Positions 57,006 to 64,000 of a stretch of DNA of 64,000 nucleotides are shown here, one piece after another. Numbering within the stretch: position 1 is the first letter of the stretch; each line of letters begins with the position of its first letter. The translations under genes and the position numbers were made by a program. Under the pieces are notes generated by a model. It was not told where the DNA came from. It saw nothing but the letters and a program-made list of their open reading frames with translations, and did not search any database. The stretch spans positions 62,001-126,000 of the IMG/VR virus record IMGVR_UViG_3300019458_000020; one strand, written 5' to 3'.

Positions 57006-57938
57006 TCAACTATTGATTTTCATTAACACCATATCTTCATAATCCGTAGAAGTAGATGATTCAATAATTTCTGTAACTCTATTAAAACCTAACACCGAAG
57101 GGTCTTTCTGTTCAAGTTTTATTAATTTAGTTTTTATAGAATATGCGGTTAAAATACTATAAATCTCCATAGCCTTTTTGAAGGCATCATTATCTAATAG
57201 GATGTTTACTTCCACATTACTTTCTATAATTTTTAATAACAATTTATCGGAAATAGTATTTCCGAATAATGGAATACCATTCTTTCTAACGGCTATAGCA
57301 TCAAAACATCCTTCCACGATGGTTATAGGCTCACTCCAATTAATAAATAACTCATATCCTATTACGTTTTTATCCCAAGAAGGTAAAATATACGAGGGTT
57401 TTATGTGATTGTTATACGAACGGGCACAAAAGAAATTAAGGCGACCATCTAAATCGTATGAAGGCATTATTATCCTATTTTTATAATCTCCACCAACACA
57501 ATAACCGAGATTGTATCTTATAATATCTTCTCGTGTAATTTTTCTACTTCTAAGATAGTCTAAAGCGTTCACACATTCTACTGTTTTTTCTGCGTCAATT
57601 AATGATATAAATTCTGCTGGTAAGGAAAGATGTGTTTCTTTTGATTCGGATGATTGAGTATATTTTGTTGGCCCGCCGGCGTATTTTGCTAATTCAGTAA
57701 AAACGTGTCGGGGAGCTTTGAGTTTCCATAAAAGTGTATGAAGGGCTTTTCCTGATGTTCCACAAATCCAACAGTTATACGAACCAAAATCCTCTCCACC
57801 GACAGCAATTTCCAATTTCTTTTTTCGATGATTACAAAAAGGACAACGATAAACCGCTTGTTGTCCACCTTTTCTCAACCACGACGGGCCCAGTAATTGA
57901 TTGAAAATGGATATAATTTTAGTACTTTGATACACCAT
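57006..57938 (-). CDS. DNA primase (Zn finger + TOPRIM)
   Basis: CPFCNH, YNCWIC, RIIMPSY, VEGCFDAI, LLDNDA, KDPS. Confidence 0.8.
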   Translation of the reverse strand: MVYQSTKIISIFNQLLGPSWLRKGGQQAVYRCPFCNHRKKKLEIAVGGEDFGSYNCWICGTSGKALHTLLWKLKAPRHVFTELAKYAGGPTKYTQSSESKETHLSLPAEFISLIDAEKTVECVNALDYLRSRKITREDIIRYNLGYCVGGDYKNRIIMPSYDLDGRLNFFCARSYNNHIKPSYILPSWDKNVIGYELFINWSEPITIVEGCFDAIAVRKNGIPLFGNTISDKLLLKIIESNVEVNILLDNDAFKKAMEIYSILTAYSIKTKLIKLEQKDPSVLGFNRVTEIIESSTSTDYEDMVLMKINS

Positions 57939-57943
57939 GACTT

Positions 57944-57972
57944 ACGGTACAAATGAAGAAATGGATCGTCAA
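57944..57972 (-). promoter_or_regulatory. sigma70-like promoter, likely giving a leaderless primase mRNA
   Basis: TTGACG-17-TACCGT; the -10 box ends 5 nt before ATG 57938. Confidence 0.5.
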
Positions 57973-57989
57973 TTTAAAATAAGATTGAT

Positions 57990-58493
57990 TTAACCATAAA
58001 GTGACGCCACAATAGCATCATAGGTGTCGCCATTTCTTTTATCCCAGTTCCCTATTTTATTAATTTTTTCAAATTGATTTATGTTCGGAACAATTTTTGG
58101 TAAAAATTCCTTTACATAATCTTTACCTTTCATTCCTTTAATTCTAGCCTTACCTAAAACCTTTTTTCTAAGAGTAGAAACATTTAAAAGATTGACCGGT
58201 TTATTCCATCGTTCTGAAATAATATATTCAAACACGGCGTTAAATCTAGCTAAGAGTATAATTGTTTGTTGTTGTGTTCCGCCTCCCATGAATCCTGACA
58301 ATGCCGCTTCGAGATTAATATGTGTAACGTTTGTTAACAAACAATTCTTTTCTAATTCCGTTATTACAAAAAACGTTTTTTCTTTATTTGTTTTTTGTTT
58401 TGAAATATCTAAAAATCCAGCATCCATAACTTTTCCATTTTCTGAAAAAGCCCAACCACAAACAGAAGTTGATGCATCGATTCCTAAAATCAT
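57990..58493 (-). CDS. RuvC-like Holliday junction resolvase
   Basis: MILGIDASTSVCGWA, INLE, LARFN, DTYDAIVA; likely start 58493. Confidence 0.8.
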   Translation of the reverse strand: MILGIDASTSVCGWAFSENGKVMDAGFLDISKQKTNKEKTFFVITELEKNCLLTNVTHINLEAALSGFMGGGTQQQTIILLARFNAVFEYIISERWNKPVNLLNVSTLRKKVLGKARIKGMKGKDYVKEFLPKIVPNINQFEKINKIGNWDKRNGDTYDAIVASLYG

Positions 58494-58515
58494 AACCTTT
58501 TTGATAAGTAGTAAA

Positions 58516-59121
58516 TTAAGGGTCTGAAATTCCACTTAATCCTGAAAAATCTTGTGGACCACCTTTTCTGTATATCCAATTGATAGAATCATTATAAGTT
58601 TGTAATTTATGGCCGTTTAATCTATTTGAAACAGAATTTGAAACGATGGGTTTATCAAAACAATCTCCAGCAATTATGCCTCCTGATTTTATCTTAGGTA
58701 GCCACAATCTTATTGTTTTATCGACTTCTTCAGTAAAATGTTCAGAACTAATAAAACAAAAATCTATTTCACCAAAATGAAAAGATTTACATAAATTTGA
58801 TGGAACACCAATAGTCGTATTACAAATAGAATGAATAGATATGTCATGACTTCTTCGTTCAAAAATAAATTGGTCACGTCTATTTTTCAAAAGGTCTTCA
58901 GACAAAAGAGGGTCAAGATAATCTTCATCAAAATTTTCCGACGAAAATAGTTTAATAGGTTTGTTTAAATTAATTATTTCTACTCCTAAATAAGACGTGG
59001 ATTTTCCAGTCCAACCACCAACTTCAATAAAAATAGATGGATCTGAAAAATAATCTATAACATAATCATAAATTTTTATATGGTCGAATTTACCGTCTAT
59101 ATCTTGATAATAGTGTTGCAT
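58516..59121 (-). CDS. class I SAM-dependent methyltransferase (Methyltransf_24-like, degenerate)
   Basis: FIEVGGWTGKST, IDFCFISSEH, WLPKIKSGGIIAGD. Confidence 0.65.
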   Translation of the reverse strand: MQHYYQDIDGKFDHIKIYDYVIDYFSDPSIFIEVGGWTGKSTSYLGVEIINLNKPIKLFSSENFDEDYLDPLLSEDLLKNRRDQFIFERRSHDISIHSICNTTIGVPSNLCKSFHFGEIDFCFISSEHFTEEVDKTIRLWLPKIKSGGIIAGDCFDKPIVSNSVSNRLNGHKLQTYNDSINWIYRKGGPQDFSGLSGISDP

Positions 59122-59124
59122 AAA

Positions 59125-60357
59125 TTATTCGGAATACATTGCTATGCCTTCAAGGTTGAATATTAAACTTCCTGTTTTTGACGTAATTCTATATGCAGTA
59201 TTTGTTCCGGATGTATGAACAATCGGAGTATAAGTAAATTTTCCGACATAAACATTTAAAGGAACATCACTATTTGAATAAGACAAACCTAACAAACTCG
59301 TTAACCATCGACAACTGTTATTCATTGTTACTTCCAACCACTGAGAACCACTTGAACGTGTCACATCAACCTGTAAATTACTTAAAGAACCACTAAAAAA
59401 TCTTCCTATCATCAATACGTATGTTGATGCTGGATTGGAAGAGACAGGAACGAATTTAGAAGTTAATGAACCGGATGGTGGAGTTAAATTCTTATATACT
59501 TGATTTGATAGTTCGGCTACAGGTGGTATGAATGATGAACTATATACCGGCCAATTTCGAACAACTCTAACTTCATCTATATATCCTGTATAATAATCTG
59601 TATAAAATCTTCCTGTTCCAATTTTAAAAGATGTACCACCACAAGTCATGGCTTCATTGTATGACGTTTGCATTTCTGGTTCTCCGTCAAAATAAATGGT
59701 AAGATTATCAACATTACTTCCGCTTCTTACAATGGCCACATGATGCCAATCCTCATCAGCAACAATAGTATTTCCTATTAATGATACGTCTCCATAATTA
59801 GCTTCAAAAGTCAATTTATCGGAAGGATTAACATACATCGCATATCCACTAGAATCCGGGTCATTATCAGAATGATGAGACACCAATGCACGATATCCAC
59901 CGGAATTGGGTTGCATATTCATGAAATACTCTATAGTAAAGTTTTCATTGGCATTAATATTATATGCCAAATCATAAAATCCTTCCACTGTTGCTGAACC
60001 ATTGAAGTATCCTGATGATGACCCAAATTTTTTACTTTCTGTAGTAATCAGTAAATTAACTGAATTAATATCCACTAAAAAGGGGCCGTGGTCAAATGTC
60101 GTTGTACTTTCATGAACACCGTCAAAATGAAGAAGCGTTGTTAAACATGAAGACGAAGGAAGATTAACGGCTATTCCAGAAATAATGGAAGAATTGGAAC
60201 TCGTAATGAATGGGCCTATGGAGGATACTCCAGAATCATCATTAAAATCATCTACAAGACCATCAACAATTGGATACATCCCAATTTCTGGAGAATTAAT
60301 TTGGCCTTTTAAGAAAGATAATAATTTATTAAAAATCGTATTATCTGTTGCTGCCAT
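59125..60357 (-). CDS. LamG/concanavalin-like domain virion protein
   Basis: LLHFDG, KFGSSSGYFNG, FTIEYF, WHHVAIVR, GYIDEVRV. Confidence 0.8.
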   Translation of the reverse strand: MAATDNTIFNKLLSFLKGQINSPEIGMYPIVDGLVDDFNDDSGVSSIGPFITSSNSSIISGIAVNLPSSSCLTTLLHFDGVHESTTTFDHGPFLVDINSVNLLITTESKKFGSSSGYFNGSATVEGFYDLAYNINANENFTIEYFMNMQPNSGGYRALVSHHSDNDPDSSGYAMYVNPSDKLTFEANYGDVSLIGNTIVADEDWHHVAIVRSGSNVDNLTIYFDGEPEMQTSYNEAMTCGGTSFKIGTGRFYTDYYTGYIDEVRVVRNWPVYSSSFIPPVAELSNQVYKNLTPPSGSLTSKFVPVSSNPASTYVLMIGRFFSGSLSNLQVDVTRSSGSQWLEVTMNNSCRWLTSLLGLSYSNSDVPLNVYVGKFTYTPIVHTSGTNTAYRITSKTGSLIFNLEGIAMYSE

Positions 60358-60359
60358 TA

Positions 60360-60587
60360 TTAACCTTTGTATTTTTGAGTATTTAATCCACTAAGAAATA
60401 TTGAATCCTTCTTTGGAAGATTAGTATTCTGACCACCTTTGGTAAATCCGTTAGCAAATTCGTTAGAAAATCCATCCACCAAAGCATTCGGAATTAATTT
60501 GGCGTCAAAGGCACCGCCCGCACGTTGGTTCTTGTATCTGGTTTCCAGATTTGTTGTTATTGAAGGTCTTTCAACTGGTATAGGCAT
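60360..60587 (-). CDS. small hypothetical virion protein
   Basis: Preceded by TACTTAT; co-oriented in a structural cluster. Confidence 0.5.
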   Translation of the reverse strand: MPIPVERPSITTNLETRYKNQRAGGAFDAKLIPNALVDGFSNEFANGFTKGGQNTNLPKKDSIFLSGLNTQKYKG

Positions 60588-60617
60588 AATATTTTATCTC
60601 CATATAATAAGTATCAA

Positions 60618-63344
60618 TTAGAAATCTATTTTCACAATAAAATTAATTGGAAAATCAGGAGTTAGTTTAATTGGGGAACCCAATTTAGCAATGGCAACAA
60701 GTTCCGAGTCTTGGTATAATCCAATAGATGTTACGTATGGTGCCAAATATGACCCGGTAGGGTCGGTTTTAGATAAAGTCTTATAATCCAAGAAGTTGGA
60801 TTTTATCATTTTCGGTTCGGTAATTTTGGTTCTTTCATCAATGAAATCCAAAATTTCATTCAAAAACTTCTTACTAGAGTTTGGAGTAATGTAAGTTTCA
60901 TAATTCTTTTGAGTCAGTCTCTTAGAGAAATATTTCCACATGATACTCATGTCATTTCTATCGATTTTATTATCTTGGTTAAAATCCAAATCATCAAAGA
61001 AGTTATTGTTTATCATTGAAAAGCTCTGAGAAAAAAGAAATGCAGTATCTTGATAGCTCGATGAATAAAAGTTATATAAACTCTCTTCGTCCGGTATCAC
61101 CAATTCCGTGTTTGGATCTCTTAATAATGATGCTGACCAGTTCGTATCAATTACATCATCATTTTCCGTCGATTTATATCTCATATATCTCAATAAAACG
61201 TCGGCATCTTGAAAATCAAATATTCCATTTTTATTAATATCAAATGAAGACGTTATAAATTCTATAGCCGTTGGGTTGGTGCTTACATTGAATTCTCCTG
61301 GTTCTACAGGACAAATGATTTGTTTTTCATAAAGAGTTTGTTTCGATTTAAAATTGATAGTATATTGATATTCTTCTCCTGGTACATTACTTAGTAATAA
61401 TCCATCGAATGCAGAACCAGAAGTCATTACAACTATTTTACCATTTCTATAAAATACATTCCCTACATAAAATCTGTCTTTTAAATTAGCAAGGTTATAG
61501 ATATATGCTTTTCCAGAAAAATCTCCTATGTCGCTTAAACTTCCAGTAAAACTTCCTGACCCAGCACTCATATCCACAGACCGGTCTGAACCCGAAATTG
61601 GCATCGGTGCTCCTACAACGACGAAACTTTCACAAACACTAACATCAAATCCATAACTTCTATATGGATTCAAAAATCGTTTCTTAACTTGATATACATT
61701 TCTTAAATCCCAATCTATCGATTCGGTATTCTTTTGAAATAAGATGAACTGTCCATTAATATCACTTTCTTCGTCGTCTCCACAATAATGCTGTTGAAAT
61801 AAGGAACCACGAAGATAACACAAAGACATTCCATTCAAATTCGCTTTAGGACAGCCGATAGCCACATAATTACCCCACACATCAACCGACCATCCAAGTT
61901 TGTTATCTTTTAAAGTCTTTTCATTTCCATAAGTTTTTTCTACGAGATAATATCCTTTTGCTCTATCAGGACAACGTTCAAATATGTATCCAGCACCTTG
62001 TCTATATGCTTCGGAACCAGAATATTCAAAAATTACTCTATCTGTAGGCGCACCAACTACAGCAGTGTCTCCCCAAATACTAACGGAATATCCAAATGAA
62101 TCAGTTCGAGAACTTGTATAGGATGCAGAAACTTGAGGATATACAGTGTCAAAATTTAATTGATATAGATTCAAGTCAGGATACAAAGTATATTTTAATT
62201 CCCAACCAGAACCAGTTGTATATTCATAAACAAATGCTAATGATGCACTAGGTTTGAGTGAACCTATTATCATACTTCCAGTAAATGAACCTGTGGCCTT
62301 ATTTAATTCAATAGAATGACCAAAGTAATCACGAGTACCTATTCCCAATACAGAACTTCCACTAATAACTTGCTGTAACGACCAACTAGCATCATTACCG
62401 AATGGTCCTCCACTCTTCTTATACATGTAAACGGCGCCAAACTGATTAAGTTCGTAAATTGAGCCGATGGCTAACCACTCATCGTTTATAGATACCGAAT
62501 ATCCGAATGAACCTGTTAATGTTGGATTTGGATTTTGTATTGTTACCAAATATGGATTGGTAGAAACTATTCCACTTACTCTAATATTCGGAGCAACATT
62601 TGAGTCGGTATTAAGAGATGCCGTAACTATATATCCGATAGTAGTAGAATCAGAGGTTATAGTGAACACCACATTTCCACCATCACTGGTAACAGGAGTA
62701 ATTTGCAATTTCTGATATGGATTGGATGATGTAATAAATCTACCTTCCAATAAAGCGAATCCAAATCCTTGTCCTCCGGGAACAAATGCGGTAATATTTG
62801 CTACAGTGGCCGAAGACGTTGTTACGGAAGTTATGAATGGATTAGAAGTGACAGCAAATGGGTCAAGATTTAATTTAGCTAAATCAAATAAGCTCACTTC
62901 TCCTGAACCACTAAATACAAACGATGCCGTGTCAATCAAAATTTCACTTCTAAAGTATCTATTTCCTACTGCTAACAAATTTCTATTTAAATCAATTGCA
63001 TGACCATAATCATCTTCTGATGCAGTGAAATATGTTCCGGGGTCGATAATAATATCTAAATCGGATGTAAGAGGAACCGTTCCGGTTAATTCGGTATGAA
63101 GAATTTGGTCGGTTTCCGTGGTCAACCAAACAAATTCTGCAGCAGAAATAGGTCTATAAATCGTTGTTTTTAAATCGTGACTATCTCTATTAAGATTATA
63201 TCTAAAAACTTCCAAAGAGCCTGTTTGAGATAAACTTGCTGAGGCTGCTAACCATCGAACGGTTGCCGGATTTCCTACCACAGCCCATCGGTCGTAACAT
63301 GTAACGGTCGAACCGTATCCTTCATTATGTATGTTCGATATCAT
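60618..63344 (-). CDS. tail/baseplate protein with FG-GAP beta-propeller, dockerin-like Ca-binding pair and C-terminal tail domain
   Basis: FGYSVSI...AIG/VVGAP...GA.Y repeats; DINKNGIFDFQD and DFNQDNKIDRND; PYVTSIGLY..ELVAIAKL..PIK. Confidence 0.7.
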   Translation of the reverse strand: MISNIHNEGYGSTVTCYDRWAVVGNPATVRWLAASASLSQTGSLEVFRYNLNRDSHDLKTTIYRPISAAEFVWLTTETDQILHTELTGTVPLTSDLDIIIDPGTYFTASEDDYGHAIDLNRNLLAVGNRYFRSEILIDTASFVFSGSGEVSLFDLAKLNLDPFAVTSNPFITSVTTSSATVANITAFVPGGQGFGFALLEGRFITSSNPYQKLQITPVTSDGGNVVFTITSDSTTIGYIVTASLNTDSNVAPNIRVSGIVSTNPYLVTIQNPNPTLTGSFGYSVSINDEWLAIGSIYELNQFGAVYMYKKSGGPFGNDASWSLQQVISGSSVLGIGTRDYFGHSIELNKATGSFTGSMIIGSLKPSASLAFVYEYTTGSGWELKYTLYPDLNLYQLNFDTVYPQVSASYTSSRTDSFGYSVSIWGDTAVVGAPTDRVIFEYSGSEAYRQGAGYIFERCPDRAKGYYLVEKTYGNEKTLKDNKLGWSVDVWGNYVAIGCPKANLNGMSLCYLRGSLFQQHYCGDDEESDINGQFILFQKNTESIDWDLRNVYQVKKRFLNPYRSYGFDVSVCESFVVVGAPMPISGSDRSVDMSAGSGSFTGSLSDIGDFSGKAYIYNLANLKDRFYVGNVFYRNGKIVVMTSGSAFDGLLLSNVPGEEYQYTINFKSKQTLYEKQIICPVEPGEFNVSTNPTAIEFITSSFDINKNGIFDFQDADVLLRYMRYKSTENDDVIDTNWSASLLRDPNTELVIPDEESLYNFYSSSYQDTAFLFSQSFSMINNNFFDDLDFNQDNKIDRNDMSIMWKYFSKRLTQKNYETYITPNSSKKFLNEILDFIDERTKITEPKMIKSNFLDYKTLSKTDPTGSYLAPYVTSIGLYQDSELVAIAKLGSPIKLTPDFPINFIVKIDF

Positions 63345-63402
63345 TCTATAAAATAAGTAGTATTTTTATTGGTTTGTTGGTTGTTATAATTGATATTCGT
63401 GG

Positions 63403-64000
63403 TTAATTTTCGTCTTCCCATAACACAGTCCAGCCACGGCCTTGAAGAGTTGCAATATTGGCTAAATCTTGTGCTGTCTCATTTTGGTCAAATGGTGTCA
63501 ATTGACCACGTACTACCACCAATCCGTTATTTACTCCATTATCTACCAATTGTTGTAAAATATCTCCTACATCCGTTGGACTAAAATTGTCAAATTCAAT
63601 ACTTATTTCATTAATTAATGGAGGTAATAATAGTGGACCGGTCAATCCACTGTTATTATTTAATGATAATACTAATAAATTAGTTAAGGTATGAACATCT
63701 GTAATAGAAGTAATTCCTTGGGATACTAGACTTACTGATGTCACACTTTCTGAATCAGTAGCATTTGCATAAAAATAATCCAAATCTCCAGAAAAGGGCC
63801 CAGCCACACCTTCAAACCACGTTATTATACCAGAGTCCGGTTCATAAGCAAAAGTAAAATTGCCTGGTTCGCTCGGAGTAAAATCAATAGATTGACTTGC
63901 ATAAGCAGAAATACCAAAAGTATTAAATGCATATACACGATAAAAATTGATAGTTTGTTCCGGCGTTGTATCAATATAAGTTCCAGTAGAACCACTGGGT
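63403..64000 (-). CDS. FN3 + LRR-like virion protein (5' end outside window)
   Basis: Frame stays open upstream of 63807 to the window end (TYIDTT...FYRVYAFNTFGISAY = FN3); LTNLLVLSLNNN (LRR-like). Confidence 0.6.
   Translation of the reverse strand, partial: PSGSTGTYIDTTPEQTINFYRVYAFNTFGISAYASQSIDFTPSEPGNFTFAYEPDSGIITWFEGVAGPFSGDLDYFYANATDSESVTSVSLVSQGITSITDVHTLTNLLVLSLNNNSGLTGPLLLPPLINEISIEFDNFSPTDVGDILQQLVDNGVNNGLVVVRGQLTPFDQNETAQDLANIATLQGRGWTVLWEDEN

Noticed and set aside
1-64000. Stop-codon reassignment (TAG/TGA recoding as in some large phages)
   Set aside because: Core genes (MCP, portal, terminase, protease) are full length in the standard code and coding density is high.
1-64000. 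CRISPR array, tRNA or rRNA genes
   Set aside because: No regularly spaced direct repeats and no cloverleaf or T-loop signatures were seen by eye; intergenic gaps are short and mostly explained. tRNAscan-SE was not run.

Overview
64 kb from an AT-rich, T4-like (gp23-type capsid) large myovirus genome, read in the standard genetic code. No tRNA, rRNA or CRISPR array was seen. The window holds the head module (terminase large subunit, intein-containing portal, prohead protease, scaffold, major capsid protein), neck and tail-completion genes, Ser/Thr-rich tail fibre or spike genes including a tandemly duplicated three-gene cassette, a fused SbcD-SbcC (Mre11-Rad50) nuclease, primase, a RuvC-like resolvase, guaC, NADAR, a nucleotidyltransferase, an SPFH protein and seven free-standing homing endonucleases. 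Two observations stand out. (1) About 18 otherwise unrelated ORFs share an N-terminal leader (MIKLKxLIxE, or the variant LIKECIxEVLxE). It resembles a capsid-targeting sequence cleaved by prohead protease, and the cargo is enriched in tRNA-repair, anti-defence and host-modifying enzymes: CCA-adding enzyme, two 2H phosphoesterases (one Acb1-like), several ADP-ribosyltransferase folds, GNATs and a lysozyme. Some cargo ORFs look like polyproteins. (2) A small ORF in the putative early region (36830-37222) is built from two permuted fragments of the phage's own major capsid protein, one of them the segment equivalent to the T4 Gol peptide; it is a candidate capsid-mimic decoy against capsid-sensing immunity. 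All assignments come from motif reading by eye; no database searches were run.
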